Positions 44,901-54,932 are shown, counted from the first letter of the stretch. The stretch is 64,000 nucleotides of DNA from an uncultured Eubacteriales bacterium (GCA_949841245.1 CATKYT010000001.1:10906-74905), one strand, 5' to 3'. Numbers and translations are program-made. The notes: a model not told the origin generated them from the letters alone.

Positions 44901-47900
44901 CAGTTTTGAAAGAACTTGGAGTAAATTATGCATCTGGCAATATCACAGTTTATTTCTGGACTTTGGAAAATGAAGTTGGTGGGCTTACATATGTTGTTTC
45001 TGATGCGTTTGGTTTTGACATTGCTTTGTCAGACGACATTGGATTTGTAAAAGTTGACAAACTTGGAAATAATGCGGTGCCAGAAGATAACGCCAACACA
45101 TTTGTGTTGTTTGAAAAAAATGACAATCTGTTGACATCTCAAACTCTTGGAATCAATGTAAAGATTGATTATGTTGAAACAACTTACATTTATGACGAAC
45201 GCGGAAATGTCATAGATGTTCAATATGCTGATGCAACCGCATATAGATTTATTGATGTCACTAAACTTAAAGCAGAATATCCTTATTATGATAATCAAGA
45301 TTATTATGTGATTGATTTAGTTAAGATGTTTGAAGAAGAAGGACTAAACAGCATTACTGGAAACATTTCTCTTGAATTTTTAAGAGTTAGATTCAACTTA
45401 ACTCAACAGATGTTTATTGTTACTGATTGGCTTTCTGGTTTTGAATTCGTAAGGCTTGCTCCTATTACTTATGCAACACTTTCTGGTGGAAACATCGAAT
45501 GGAGTGCAGGTGATGCAGTTAATGCCGAAGGATATTACATCTATTTCTTTGCCGTAGATGCAGACGGAAATAAATCTGACAGTTACAGCCGTTTTGAAGT
45601 GGGAAATCAAACAGCATTTGACGCTTCCAAATTTGGCGGACAAAACTGCTTCATTGAAATTCAAGCAATAAGTTCAAATCCATTTGTTTTGGCTTCCAGC
45701 AAATATTCCGTTTCGGAAGACCCAATAATCAAAAATCAACTTTCAGGCAAATTGAAACTTGCAGGTGGAAGTTTTACAATAGATTATGACAACAAAAATG
45801 GCGATGCTTCAAACAATATTTATAAATTCATTACAGAAAACAGAGATTCTTCACTTACTTTTGAAGAAAGAGCAAAAATTTTAATTGAAACAACTTGGAC
45901 ATATCCTTTTACATTTAAACTTGCTTCACTTTTAAACGGACAAGTTACTTTGAGAATGACTTTCATTTCAAATGAAACAAATAAGACTCAGTCTGTCGAT
46001 GTAAATGCAAAAGACCTTTTGACAAATCTTGCAGAGTTTGCAGATAATAATGATGCTTATGACATTATTGCCACTTTGGAAGAATGGGCACAAGGCTCTA
46101 CAACAGAAAGTTATAAACGCACTCTTGAAGATTTTATGGGTTTCATAGAAAAAGGAAGCCATGGAGTTGCGAATGAAAACATCATTTTTGACTCTTACTT
46201 TGAAAAAATTCAAGCGGGAGAATATTCGATTGTTTATTGTTTACTTGGCGGTTCAGCATCTTTAAATTCAACTTGGATGACTTTTGAAAATCAAAATATG
46301 GAAGGCAACAATTCTGTTTATGTCAATGGCGAAACCACTGTGACAGCAAAACGCGAAAAAATTGATTCTGTGACAAACAGTTATAAAGTTGTTGTCAAGA
46401 AAGAAAAAATTTATGATTTTGTTGATGGTGCTTACACTGCTGTTGATGCCAGTCAATATGTGCTTCAACTTGCCACAAAAGCAGAAAGCGATAATGGCAA
46501 AAGTTATGCCTTTTCAATTGACAATTTCAGCGGAGATTTCAGACTTCATTATCTGTCAGCAAACAGTGACACTTCAACTTTTGACACCAGCAAATCCATT
46601 TCTGTTTATCAATCAGATAAAGATGGCAACAAGGTTACACTTGGCGAATATTTAATGTTCTATATCAACCAAAATAATGGCGATTCCATTTTAGGTGTCT
46701 TTGGGGACATGGTTCCAAGAACAATTTATGGAATGCAAATCTATGCAGTTGGAAATGACAATTCCTTGTCATCAAAATCAGAGTATTTTAAACTTACACT
46801 TTTAAGTTTTGGTGATGATTTTGCCATTACAGACGGAGTATTAAGTTGGACAACTCAACTTAACAGAAACATCACAGTGATGTATCGCACTTTGCGTGGT
46901 TCGGAAATGACAGAAGAAATTGTTACAGAAAATTCTTATGCAACTTACAGCCTTGATGGTAAGGGTGAAGGAACTTACAGTTACATCAAATTTGTCGTAG
47001 CAGGTGGAGATGTAGTTGACAACAACATCATGGTTGACAGTGACATATTTGAAATTGACAATGTATATAAACTTGCTTCTCCAAAGCTTACCAACTATCT
47101 TGGTTATTTAAGCATTGATGAAACGCAAAATGGCAACAGAACAAGATATAATTCAAGTTACAGTGATGGAAGTTTCTTCCAATACATGATTTACAACAAC
47201 AATAATGACGATGTTTACATCAAACGAGTTGACACAACACTTGGAAACAGTGTCGAAGGAAATGGTGCATTCCTTTATGTTCCTGGTCGTGATGGCGAAG
47301 AAGATTACAGATATAAAAGCACCGAAGTTAACGCTGAAAATTTCCAAGTTATCTCTGTTGGGTCTACTGTTGAAAATGTTAGTTTTGCTCGTGACCAATC
47401 TGACATTGATGAAAATGGTTACAACAAAAAATATTACATCAACAGACTTGACACATCATCTTGGACCAATGCACAAGGTAATCCACTTTCTGCAATTGCC
47501 CTGCAAAGTTCTGCTGCATCACTTTCAGCCAGAATGCTTGACAGTGTGCAAAACTTGAAAGTTACAAATGGTCGAGTTGTTTGGTCTGGCGTTGAAGGCA
47601 GAACAGAAGATGATGGAATTTTGACAGTGGAAAGTCAAGCGGAAATTATTTATAAGGTTTCAATCGAACAATATTCAATTTCGAAAACTGATGACAACAC
47701 CAGCACAGAATACACCGAACAAATTGTTGAGCCTGTTTACACAAGAAATGCCGAACTTGATTTTGCTGACATTGAAGATAAGTTGGAAATTTTAGATTCT
47801 GACAAACAAATTTTCATCAAAATTTCCGTTCAAGCATTGGCACTTTTTGCACAAGCAAACAAACCAAACACAAATTATGTAGAACTTATTTCGGGTGGTT

Positions 47901-50371
47901 ATGCTTATGGTAATGTCGTTTATGCTTCAGCCGAAACAGAAACTTTTGTTCTTTTAAGTGAAATTAATGATTCATCATCTATGTCACAAATTTTGCGTTT
48001 GAAAACTGTAACTTCCTTGGAAGTTTCAGATGGAAAATTGCAATGGATTTATAAGGCAAACAATTTGCCAAATGGTGCAAGTTTGACTGTTGACAGTTTT
48101 GACTTATATTACAAATTTATTGTGGAAGATGAAGATGGAAATGAAATTACTGGAACATTTGAAAAACCAATTTTGCAATCAGATGGAACATTCTTGATTA
48201 AGTTCAACGAAGAAAAAGGACAAATGAAAATTGGCAATCAAAAGATTAAAGTTTATGCCACAACAGGTGCAAACCTTGACAGTTCAGTTATTAAGTCAAG
48301 GGGAGTGGAAATCACAGTAAACAAACTTGACACAATTTCAAGCAACGACTTTTCAATTCAATATGTTGGAAGTGGTGTTGACATGCTTGACTTGTCTGAC
48401 TATTTCAAAACAAATCAAAACCATGAAGTTGTCGTAACATTCTATAACATGTATGGAAATCTTATAAACACAACGGGAAATCCATTTACTTTAACATACA
48501 ACAGAAGCATAATTTATTTGATAAGCAGTCCAGAACAGGCTTATGACAACGAATATAATGTTGTAATTGATTCCATTTCTGGTGGATGCAATTTGACATT
48601 TAAAGTTAAATATAATGCAACTAATGTGCTTTATTCTGATGTAAGTGACTTTATTCCTTTGCAACGCGTTGAATGGCAACAAAATGATTCCATTTCTTGG
48701 GATTCCACAAAGGGGGAATTCTCATGGAATTATACAGGTTATCTTTCACTTAATCAAGGTGTAGATGCAGAAATCTTAGGTTTTGCAGTTTCAAGAGAAA
48801 CCACTTTATATGACGATGCAAATCTTACAACTCCAAGTGAACTTGAAAACAATAAATTGGCAAGCGGAACTGTTCTTGACATTTTGGAAAAAGGAAACGG
48901 GTATATCAAGATTTCATATCTTGGCGGAGAATATTTTGTCAGCGACATGTTTATTGACCGTGTTCCAGTTGACACATTCTCTCTTTCTGCAAACACACTT
49001 TTAAAAGTTGTGGAAACTGATGGAGATTATTCAATAATCAAAGTTAAAGATGCTGACAGTGATGAAGACAGAGAAGAATTATACAGAGTTCTTTCAAGTG
49101 CCATTTCAAAACCTGTTTACATAATTGAAGCAGACTATCGTGCAAGTGGCAAAAAATATTACACCACAGAAGGAACAATCTTTAAGCCAACAGTCGTTGG
49201 ATATGTTACATTAAACATTCGTGTCAAACTTGGACCAGCAAACATTCAGTCAGAAATTTTGCAATATAACAATGGAGATTTTGTTTTGTTCAACTTGTTT
49301 GCTGGCGGGGATGGAACTCAGGCGACTCCTTACAGAATTGCTAACGCAGACCAATTCAGAAACATTCAATATCGCATGAAATTGGAAGATTATCTTAAAG
49401 CGGGCGAAGATGACAACAGTGTAAATTATTTTGACATTTTGGCAGACATAGATTTGACAAATAAACCTTTTAATGGCGTCTTGTTTAAAGGAACATTTGA
49501 AGGTGTTGTCAATGGAAATGGACACAAAATTACTTACAAAGTTACAGCAACTGACGAATTGACTTACAGCGTCTATGTTGACACTGGATTTGTAAAAAGT
49601 CCAATCAGTGATGTAAATTCCACAACTTTCTTATATGGTGCTTCCTTGTTTGAAAGAACATCAACCAATTCATCTATTTCCAATTTGCGTATTGACGCTG
49701 ATTATTCTGATGAAAACACAGTTTTAATTTCAGTGCATTCACTTATGGCAGGGCTTGCAATTTCAAACTATGGAATGATCAGTAATATTGAACTTGTCGG
49801 TTTCAACACCAATTTCAGTGGTTACAATCCAACCAGTCGACCAATGATGGTTTACAGCGGAATTGTTTCACAAAACATTGGCGAACAAGCAACAGTTTCC
49901 AACTGCTTTGTGTCAACCGACATGATTATTGCAGACAATGGTTCTTCTCAGGTTATTTTTGCCAGTGGAATTGCATTTATCAATCAAACCAATGCAAAAA
50001 TTTTGAATTGTATGACAGGATACAGCGGTTACACTGTAAACTTTGACCCTGCAAATGCCATTCCAACAACAAATAAACTTCAAGTTTTGTCAACTGCAAG
50101 TCAAAACATTATTCAACTTGCAGGGGTATGTATAACCAACGCAAATGCCATAGTGTCTGGTTGTCATAATAATCTTGAAATTGATGTTGAAGGCATAAGC
50201 ACGGCTTTAAACTGCACTGTTTACATTGCAGGACTTGTCGACTATCAAGGTGGAACTATGACAGCAAATGTCAATAATGGAACACTTAACATTCCAAACG
50301 GTTTTGGTTCTTGTAACTACGCTTTAAATGACAGTGATTTTGGAACAAGAGTGGAAACGACTTTGATTTAA
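38981..50371 (+). CDS. giant (3796 aa) cell-surface protein: signal peptide (possible lipoprotein), Ig-like/Fn3-like repeat array, C-terminal GLUG-type domain
   Basis: Signal MKKFSIVFMSICVTFLATLFCAC. Big_2-like segment (VSIGDQIDL..FEVDGHKIKAKASGKSKVYA). Recurrent Fn3-like signatures (VFVWNAVENADKYNVEIYY, IEWNSVANVSEYIFRVY, IEWSAGDAVNAEGYYIYFF). The C-terminus from about nt 49290 has GDGTQATPYRIANADQFRNI...FKGTFEGVVNGNGHKITY. Confidence 0.8.
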   Translation: MKKFSIVFMSICVTFLATLFCACSFKKPEAQFSKTEHIVSIGDQIDLDEYLQLTGVSKTDLTYRFSDSSLFEVDGHKIKAKASGKSKVYAFYEESNLASMQVVVRKQFDAPNSIRFEDGNLVWNTVTGWYEGEALHTVASSYTVEWEYNSANNEKEIGIEIVETNKLDMTDFKSGVYNFKVKANTHQYFDASEFAVADPVYYGFMQKIKEEDFDWNFDTGVLTWQQMEDAKFTVRLNGALLNDLAGADSNGYITTNAVDLTRYLSDANSGDYDITVTAYDINGVKYEMASENFVVTKLATPVVSNDFTMSNGGQLLIKTNQSVESFKVIAENSIVGKLEFILENAGQDLMTSLDFLKSGVYDISVVAENHDETRHYFKSRPAIFGKVYKLPAVTLTGKGANTENGTAFNVEVENTAIVETSLKVSSKDDTQIFNNFTNGFSWTANASGQYKLSGVLQSKSATSSIDGNMVYIINSNASEELVLTKLGAVGVVMHKYENGNSVLTFSEVDYADQNCYQILHFNGVDYEKVEENKISSITVSNKVVTVVLSGRVETLFEAIDCEFEFKIVANTLDSSTSISSTANKTLTLLGQPTAPETGNPQNGVFVWNAVENADKYNVEIYYTNNKDIFESKDLSLFEKTITITSETQLRFNKVGYYIVRVYAVADTASENLYISSAVALERTFHISEKVSIGNVQLRNNGSNIFLRIFNNDSNVKTYTISVTGQADETLVASGESYDDYTLNKSFFAQDTEITVTVTANASDTTLRPSDSYSLSVEKLRNVTPDDVLVEDDHGYLISLVPYKNGLTSKITYDASNKTSAKNQKATLDVSNVGADEFNLTFEFVGSDLINGIYDVKDNKVFLNCDEGSKTIAFSRIAKPEQLIYENGKFNFVANGIPANSYSYVLEATYKNANNSNFLIAIKFDGTVTATIGGSNEKIVLGQNQDFIDLAANTIDFNAIETAINSNAKLEACYRQMENPKFSLFVSYKQYDTISEKYLFSSRNSVETQLEKLPEADLKFRFIDEENKFKFSWQVLETSSLEISNVNYKLFVNAGNTSFEEISGFAVNYETTDDKKFAYITLNAQDFEAGVFYNFYLSATQPHFLGTSVSNNLIVYRLNSVNALTLNENKLDANVTDAGYAQKVIVTVGGNAQEFTVEANGNFAIPVAGEGEYAVKVVAKESSFNEVTKTETFYIDSLQSKWTLKSLDAVASENVPQLRFSNEIVSWDKFAGNFGENLHYVLIFKDQNSVTAETTTHKVEGNTVSVELDEKSQIYKDLSKLSAGEIEIQVSAYLSSYSTSKNGVIYFADSQTLLNGKQEFNHFVYQKITNKKLATPNITNITFDKGTDDSKVENPDVIVTFEGDYDFQNGTGNDSFKIFVSSTATTERTQLNMTISEKTTGVFEFVLNATDYAFVQPDETLILEILAVSSVNMPSTFGSKDVYMAKQVRSVEFETELENGKEFAKQNVIVTLMDNSANYVLGGIVLKVTDKTTNKVYYINFDATIVANTISCDLTDFVKTNLKSGANISVEAFINSYSESGNYILACKNKVTTDITENIVVLGGVATTDSYDETTTYNDIHYRADAGGFQILPATGKTLSDDLIFVVSYKVGEYSFETKEITKDDNFYFEFPAVWTDEGEYALSIYAKQSQSELEGVTNVYVNSWTNTLTFQINRAEKISQVQISRDETNPSELNIEWNSVANVSEYIFRVYNNVNGKLIFSTTTTSNVNTLSQLFWANYNDFENVNLTIGTTDIDARFEVISVGKDGTSNSQAYTFFAYLRPNNLSYQSLEVLQDYGTVTLATLPNYSYLYRFVSGNAVVQDWKKVTAQTTETTLDTSELEIESGNAFNVEIIILGSADNNDTTITENATNFVFDSYVWTSALSSIRLGKSSSILNVRYDQTDATSIILEMSQATFANLSKVLVGVEENAVFTQKVVSLKIDQLSECGNADGDASNPIDTTRRSYAYPLSDMLAVLKELGVNYASGNITVYFWTLENEVGGLTYVVSDAFGFDIALSDDIGFVKVDKLGNNAVPEDNANTFVLFEKNDNLLTSQTLGINVKIDYVETTYIYDERGNVIDVQYADATAYRFIDVTKLKAEYPYYDNQDYYVIDLVKMFEEEGLNSITGNISLEFLRVRFNLTQQMFIVTDWLSGFEFVRLAPITYATLSGGNIEWSAGDAVNAEGYYIYFFAVDADGNKSDSYSRFEVGNQTAFDASKFGGQNCFIEIQAISSNPFVLASSKYSVSEDPIIKNQLSGKLKLAGGSFTIDYDNKNGDASNNIYKFITENRDSSLTFEERAKILIETTWTYPFTFKLASLLNGQVTLRMTFISNETNKTQSVDVNAKDLLTNLAEFADNNDAYDIIATLEEWAQGSTTESYKRTLEDFMGFIEKGSHGVANENIIFDSYFEKIQAGEYSIVYCLLGGSASLNSTWMTFENQNMEGNNSVYVNGETTVTAKREKIDSVTNSYKVVVKKEKIYDFVDGAYTAVDASQYVLQLATKAESDNGKSYAFSIDNFSGDFRLHYLSANSDTSTFDTSKSISVYQSDKDGNKVTLGEYLMFYINQNNGDSILGVFGDMVPRTIYGMQIYAVGNDNSLSSKSEYFKLTLLSFGDDFAITDGVLSWTTQLNRNITVMYRTLRGSEMTEEIVTENSYATYSLDGKGEGTYSYIKFVVAGGDVVDNNIMVDSDIFEIDNVYKLASPKLTNYLGYLSIDETQNGNRTRYNSSYSDGSFFQYMIYNNNNDDVYIKRVDTTLGNSVEGNGAFLYVPGRDGEEDYRYKSTEVNAENFQVISVGSTVENVSFARDQSDIDENGYNKKYYINRLDTSSWTNAQGNPLSAIALQSSAASLSARMLDSVQNLKVTNGRVVWSGVEGRTEDDGILTVESQAEIIYKVSIEQYSISKTDDNTSTEYTEQIVEPVYTRNAELDFADIEDKLEILDSDKQIFIKISVQALALFAQANKPNTNYVELISGGYAYGNVVYASAETETFVLLSEINDSSSMSQILRLKTVTSLEVSDGKLQWIYKANNLPNGASLTVDSFDLYYKFIVEDEDGNEITGTFEKPILQSDGTFLIKFNEEKGQMKIGNQKIKVYATTGANLDSSVIKSRGVEITVNKLDTISSNDFSIQYVGSGVDMLDLSDYFKTNQNHEVVVTFYNMYGNLINTTGNPFTLTYNRSIIYLISSPEQAYDNEYNVVIDSISGGCNLTFKVKYNATNVLYSDVSDFIPLQRVEWQQNDSISWDSTKGEFSWNYTGYLSLNQGVDAEILGFAVSRETTLYDDANLTTPSELENNKLASGTVLDILEKGNGYIKISYLGGEYFVSDMFIDRVPVDTFSLSANTLLKVVETDGDYSIIKVKDADSDEDREELYRVLSSAISKPVYIIEADYRASGKKYYTTEGTIFKPTVVGYVTLNIRVKLGPANIQSEILQYNNGDFVLFNLFAGGDGTQATPYRIANADQFRNIQYRMKLEDYLKAGEDDNSVNYFDILADIDLTNKPFNGVLFKGTFEGVVNGNGHKITYKVTATDELTYSVYVDTGFVKSPISDVNSTTFLYGASLFERTSTNSSISNLRIDADYSDENTVLISVHSLMAGLAISNYGMISNIELVGFNTNFSGYNPTSRPMMVYSGIVSQNIGEQATVSNCFVSTDMIIADNGSSQVIFASGIAFINQTNAKILNCMTGYSGYTVNFDPANAIPTTNKLQVLSTASQNIIQLAGVCITNANAIVSGCHNNLEIDVEGISTALNCTVYIAGLVDYQGGTMTANVNNGTLNIPNGFGSCNYALNDSDFGTRVETTLI

Positions 50372-50415
50372 CCAAATCAAGAATATAAAGACTTTGAAAA
50401 GAGTATAAATAGATT

Positions 50416-51264
50416 GTGAAAAAATCTGTTTGTGCTCTTTTTTTATTAATTGTTATGTTTTGCTTTGTTGGTTGTTCATCAAATGTTTCTCCAACAGAGA
50501 TTTATCAAACAAATGCTTTTAGAATTTTAAAATCCACCGATTCATCAGGTCAAATCGGGCTTAGTTACATTTTTCCTTTAAATTCTGCCGTTATGAAAGA
50601 AAAAGGTTTCAGTGAAGATGAATTGATGATTTATCGTTTTTATTTATCGTCATATGTCAATGCCTTGGCAAAGGTCAATCGCGACAAAAATGTTGATGGC
50701 GTGGAAGTTGGTTATTGCAAATTTTATTCTGATGTTGACGGAATTGGTTTTTCCATTGTTTTTAAAAATTTGGAAAGCCAAAAACAGTTTTTTGGTGCAA
50801 GCGATGACGATAGTTCCGAAGAAAGTGAAAACAACACACAGACCAGTGGATTTTTCATGAAGAAAATTACACTTAAAACAAGTTTTCCAATTTCAGAAAA
50901 GTCTGCTGAAAGTTTAAAGGATGTTTGCCTGCTTGCTGTTAATTCCACATGTGAAAGCATTAAAATTTCTGATGAAAGAAAGAAACTTATGCAACAACCT
51001 TTTGAGAATTCAACTTATATTTATGATTTTGCATCAACTTCAAACACATTGAAAAGTCGACAGATGTATGAAGCAAATGGTGTTAAACACAACATATTTT
51101 TCAAAACAATGGAAGAACTTAAAACTGACAGTTCAATTGAATTTTTTGTTACTGGCCCAAACCACGCAGTTTGGTATGCTTCTGCCTTAGTTTTAGTGGG
51201 TGCTTCTATGGCAATTGGCTTTACAATTTTAAAATTTACAAAGAAAAACAAGAAAAACAAATAA
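50416..51264 (+). CDS. lipoprotein with C-terminal TM anchor, unknown function
   Basis: GTG start, lipobox CFVGC, and a C-terminal hydrophobic helix followed by a KKNKKNK tail. Confidence 0.55.
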   Translation: MKKSVCALFLLIVMFCFVGCSSNVSPTEIYQTNAFRILKSTDSSGQIGLSYIFPLNSAVMKEKGFSEDELMIYRFYLSSYVNALAKVNRDKNVDGVEVGYCKFYSDVDGIGFSIVFKNLESQKQFFGASDDDSSEESENNTQTSGFFMKKITLKTSFPISEKSAESLKDVCLLAVNSTCESIKISDERKKLMQQPFENSTYIYDFASTSNTLKSRQMYEANGVKHNIFFKTMEELKTDSSIEFFVTGPNHAVWYASALVLVGASMAIGFTILKFTKKNKKNK

Positions 51265-51350
51265 AAAAATGAAGAAATTTTTGTTTAAATATTGTGTTTT
51301 TACTTAAAAAATGTTATACTAATATGGTTATTTAAAAAGGAAAACACAAT

Positions 51351-53183
51351 ATGGAAAACAAGATGATAAGAAATGTGGCAATTATTGCCCATGTTGACCA
51401 CGGCAAAACTTCATTGGTCAATGAAATGTTGAAACAAGGAAATGTATTCAGAAATAATCAAGTTGTTGAAGACAGAGTTATGGACAGCAACGACTTGGAA
51501 AGAGAAAGAGGCATTACAATTTTGTCTAAAAATGCTTCTTGCGTTTATGGCGACATTAAAATCAATGTCGTGGACACCCCTGGACACGCTGACTTTGGTG
51601 GAGAAGTGGAAAGAGTTCTTAAAATGGTTGATGGCGTGCTGTTGGTTGTTGATGCTTACGAAGGACCAATGCCACAAACTCGTTTTGTTTTGGAAAAGGC
51701 GTTGTCTTTAAAACTTAAAGTTGTTGTGGTTGTAAACAAAATTGACAGACCTGATGCCAGAGTTAAGGAAGTTATTGATGAAGTTTTGGAACTTTTCTTA
51801 GAACTTGACGCTGATGAAGACCAACTTAATTCTCCATTTGTTTTTGCTTCTGCAAGACAAGGAATCTCTTCAACAGATGCCGATGTTATGGGCACAGACT
51901 TGAAACCACTTTTTGAAACAATTGTAAATCACATTCCTGCACCACAAGGTGAAGTGGATGAACCTATGAAAATGTTGATTTCTTCTGCTGAACACAATGA
52001 ATATGTCGGCAAACTTGCTGTTGGAAAAATTGAACGCGGAAAGATTAAAGTTGGACAAAATGTTATAGTTTGTAATTTTCACGATGAAAGTAAAAAAGTA
52101 AGATCCAAGATTGTCAGTTTGTTTGTCTATGACGGACTTAAACGCGTGCCAGTTGAAAGTGCTGAAAGCGGAGAAATTGTCTGCGTTGCTGGGCTTGAAG
52201 ATGTGACAATCGGCGACACCATTTGTGATGAAACAAAAGTTGAACCAATTGAATTTGTCAAAATTGCTGAACCTAGTGTGGAAATGACTTTCATGGTTAA
52301 CGACAGTCCTTTTGCTGGAAAAGAAGGAAAATTTGTCACTTCCAGACATCTTCGTGACAGACTTTATAAAGAAGCAGTGAAAGACCTTTCTTTGCGTGTT
52401 GAAGATGGTGACACTGCGGAAAAATTTAAAGTTCGTGGCAGAGGAGAAATGCACCTTTCAATTTTGATTGAAAACATGCGCCGTGATGGTTATGAATTTC
52501 AAGTAAGCCAACCAAAAGTTTTGATTAAAGTCATTGACGGAGTTAAGTGTGAACCTATCGACAGACTTTTCTTGGATGTTCCAGAAGATTGCGTGGGAAA
52601 TGTTATGAACAAGATGGGCGTGCGTAAAGGTGACTTGCAAAACATGGCTCCACATGGCAGTCGTATGAGAATGGAATTTTTAATTCCATCTCGTGGACTT
52701 TTTGGCTTTAAATCAGATTTCTTGACTGACACAAGGGGAGAAGGAATTGTCAATTCGATTTTCTTTGAATATCAACCATATAAAGGCGAAATTAATCGCC
52801 GTGAATTTGGTGCTTTGATTGCTCATGAAACTGGGAAAGCAATTGTCTATGGGCTTTATAATGCACAGGAACGCGGAGAACTTTTCATTGGTGCTGGTGT
52901 GGATGTTTACAACGGAATGGTTGTTGGCACAAACCCAAAAGGTGGGGATATTGTTGTCAATGTTTGCAAAACAAAACACCTTTCAAACTGCCGTGCATCA
53001 GGTTCAGATGATGCTTTAAGACTGACACCACCAAGAGTTATGAGTTTGGAAGACTGCATTGAATTTTTGGGTGATGACGAATATATGGAAGTTACGCCAA
53101 AATCAATTCGCATAAGAAAAATCATTCTTGACCATAACATGCGTATGCGCGAACGCGGGAAAATGCTTCGCGGAGAAATTTAA
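51351..53183 (+). CDS. typA: translational GTPase TypA/BipA
   Basis: IRNVAIIAHVDHGKTSLV, DTPGHADFGGEVER, NKIDR, and full-length EF-G-like architecture. Confidence 0.95.
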   Translation: MENKMIRNVAIIAHVDHGKTSLVNEMLKQGNVFRNNQVVEDRVMDSNDLERERGITILSKNASCVYGDIKINVVDTPGHADFGGEVERVLKMVDGVLLVVDAYEGPMPQTRFVLEKALSLKLKVVVVVNKIDRPDARVKEVIDEVLELFLELDADEDQLNSPFVFASARQGISSTDADVMGTDLKPLFETIVNHIPAPQGEVDEPMKMLISSAEHNEYVGKLAVGKIERGKIKVGQNVIVCNFHDESKKVRSKIVSLFVYDGLKRVPVESAESGEIVCVAGLEDVTIGDTICDETKVEPIEFVKIAEPSVEMTFMVNDSPFAGKEGKFVTSRHLRDRLYKEAVKDLSLRVEDGDTAEKFKVRGRGEMHLSILIENMRRDGYEFQVSQPKVLIKVIDGVKCEPIDRLFLDVPEDCVGNVMNKMGVRKGDLQNMAPHGSRMRMEFLIPSRGLFGFKSDFLTDTRGEGIVNSIFFEYQPYKGEINRREFGALIAHETGKAIVYGLYNAQERGELFIGAGVDVYNGMVVGTNPKGGDIVVNVCKTKHLSNCRASGSDDALRLTPPRVMSLEDCIEFLGDDEYMEVTPKSIRIRKIILDHNMRMRERGKMLRGEI

Positions 53184-53188
53184 TAAAA

Positions 53189-53222
53189 CAAAAAGATAAG
53201 TTTATGCTTATCTTTTTGTTTT
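53189..53222 (+). terminator. rho-independent terminator of typA
   Basis: Stem aaaagataag / cttatctttt with loop tttatg, followed by a T-rich run. Confidence 0.6.
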
Positions 53223-53302
53223 ATTAAATAGTTTTTATTTTAAAAGTTATTTTTTACATTCAGATTGACAAAACTTAATTTTATTGGTATACTTAAACTA
53301 AG

Positions 53303-53554
53303 ATGAAAAGCACAGAAAAGCAAGAACTTAAACGCAAATTGAAAAGATTGGGGCTGTTTTTATTGATTGTCATTGTTCCTGTTTTTTTCGTTTGCGTTGG
53401 TTTACAATACGCTGATGTGCCACAGTGGCTTAATATTTTGGTTTTAGTTATTGTTATGTTTATATTCTTCTTTATTTTTTGTGCAGTTTGTGCTAAACTG
53501 GACAAAAAGAAGCAAGATCGTTTGAGTAAGAAAAAAGACCCTTTCTCAGACTGA
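53303..53554 (+). CDS. small two-TM membrane protein
   Basis: 83-aa ORF with two hydrophobic helices, just upstream of dnaB. Confidence 0.45.
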   Translation: MKSTEKQELKRKLKRLGLFLLIVIVPVFFVCVGLQYADVPQWLNILVLVIVMFIFFFIFCAVCAKLDKKKQDRLSKKKDPFSD

Positions 53555-53566
53555 ATGGAGGTTTAA

Positions 53567-54916
53567 ATGCCAGATTACAAAATTTTGCCAAATAGTTTGG
53601 AAGCAGAACAAGCATTGCTTGGTTGTGTTTTGTTGGATAATGATGCTCAAATGGAGATTATTTCCAAATTGCAACCAAACGATTTCTATGCAGAATCACA
53701 CAAGCAAGTCTTTGACAGCATGGTGAAAATCTATAACAAAGGTGTTCCTGTTGATTTTGTAACACTGACAAATCAGTTGGAAGTGGACAAGAAGTTGGAA
53801 GTAATTGGTGGAATTGATTACATAACTTTCTTAACCAATGTTGTTCCTTCTGCGGCAAACTTCCAACATTATTTAAACATCGTTAAAAACGATTCCACAA
53901 GAAGAAGACTGATTGCTGAATCACAAGAAATTATAAGAACTGCTTTTGACAATGCTGATGGTGGCGAAGCAATGCAGTTTGCAGAAAAGAAAATTTTTGA
54001 TCTTTCACAGAAAGAAAGTTCTAATGAACTTGAACTCGTTGGCAAACCAGGCGGGGTTTTGACAAATGTTTTAAAACAAATTTCCGAACTTGCTGAAAAC
54101 AAAGGTAAGATGCGGGGTATTCCAACTGGTTATAAAGATTTTGATGCCATAACAAATGGTCTTCAAAACAGCGACTTGATTTTGCTTGCTGCGCGTCCTG
54201 GGGTTGGTAAAACTTCTTTTGCCATGAACATGGCAATAAACACTGCTGTAAATGAAGGAAAGAAAATTGCCATCTTTTCCTTGGAAATGTCCAAAGAACA
54301 ACTTATGCAAAGGGCTTTGTCTTCTCTTGCAAAAGTCAACTTGTCACATGTTTTGAAAGGAAGCATGGACAGTGAAGAATGGAAAAGAATTTGGACTGCC
54401 GAAAAGAAATTGGCACAGAGTTCAATTTTTGTAGATGATTCTTCGCTTGTTACACCTTTCAACATCATTTCTAAATGTCGCAAACTTAAAATGACAGAAG
54501 GACTTGACTTGATTGTGATTGACTATTTGCAGTTGATGACAATGGGACGCACTTCCAGAGAATCAAGAACACAAGAAGTAAGTGACTTGACCAGAACTCT
54601 TAAAATTGCAGCAAAAGAATTAAATGTGCCAATTGTGCTTCTTTCACAACTTTCTCGTGCGGTGGAAACTCGTGAAGATCACAGACCAGTGCTTTCTGAC
54701 CTTAGAGAATCTGGGTCAATCGAACAAGATGCTGACATTGTTTTGTTTTTATATAATCCAGAAAAATATGGTGACACATCAACAGAAGACGAACCTGGAA
54801 CAGTTTATCTTCTGATTTCAAAACACAGAAGTGGAAGCACAGGGGAAGTTAAGTTGAAATGGGTTGGAGAATACACAACTTTCTTAAATCCAAATGACAA
54901 AGTTGTTGTCGAATAA
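53567..54916 (+). CDS. dnaB: replicative DNA helicase
   Basis: PNSLEAEQALLGCVLLDN, Walker A ARPGVGKTSFAMN, LIVIDYLQLM and LSQLSRAVE. SD GGAGG is present. Confidence 0.95.
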   Translation: MPDYKILPNSLEAEQALLGCVLLDNDAQMEIISKLQPNDFYAESHKQVFDSMVKIYNKGVPVDFVTLTNQLEVDKKLEVIGGIDYITFLTNVVPSAANFQHYLNIVKNDSTRRRLIAESQEIIRTAFDNADGGEAMQFAEKKIFDLSQKESSNELELVGKPGGVLTNVLKQISELAENKGKMRGIPTGYKDFDAITNGLQNSDLILLAARPGVGKTSFAMNMAINTAVNEGKKIAIFSLEMSKEQLMQRALSSLAKVNLSHVLKGSMDSEEWKRIWTAEKKLAQSSIFVDDSSLVTPFNIISKCRKLKMTEGLDLIVIDYLQLMTMGRTSRESRTQEVSDLTRTLKIAAKELNVPIVLLSQLSRAVETREDHRPVLSDLRESGSIEQDADIVLFLYNPEKYGDTSTEDEPGTVYLLISKHRSGSTGEVKLKWVGEYTTFLNPNDKVVVE

Positions 54917-54932
54917 AAAGGGGGATAAAAAA

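Noticed and set aside
51870-52454. 194-aa minus-strand ORF, together with many similar 60-180-aa ORFs such as 31593..32138, 7349..7870, 6844..7188, 23636..23989, 54163..54483 and 27405..27728.
   Set aside because: They lie antisense or out of frame inside genes with unmistakable conserved motifs (typA, ABC exporter, T4CP, AAA ATPase, dnaB). They lack SD sequences and have the low-complexity composition expected of shadow ORFs in AT-rich DNA.
53567-54916. Checked dnaB for an intein or insertion.
   Set aside because: Its length (449 aa) and uninterrupted motif order are normal.
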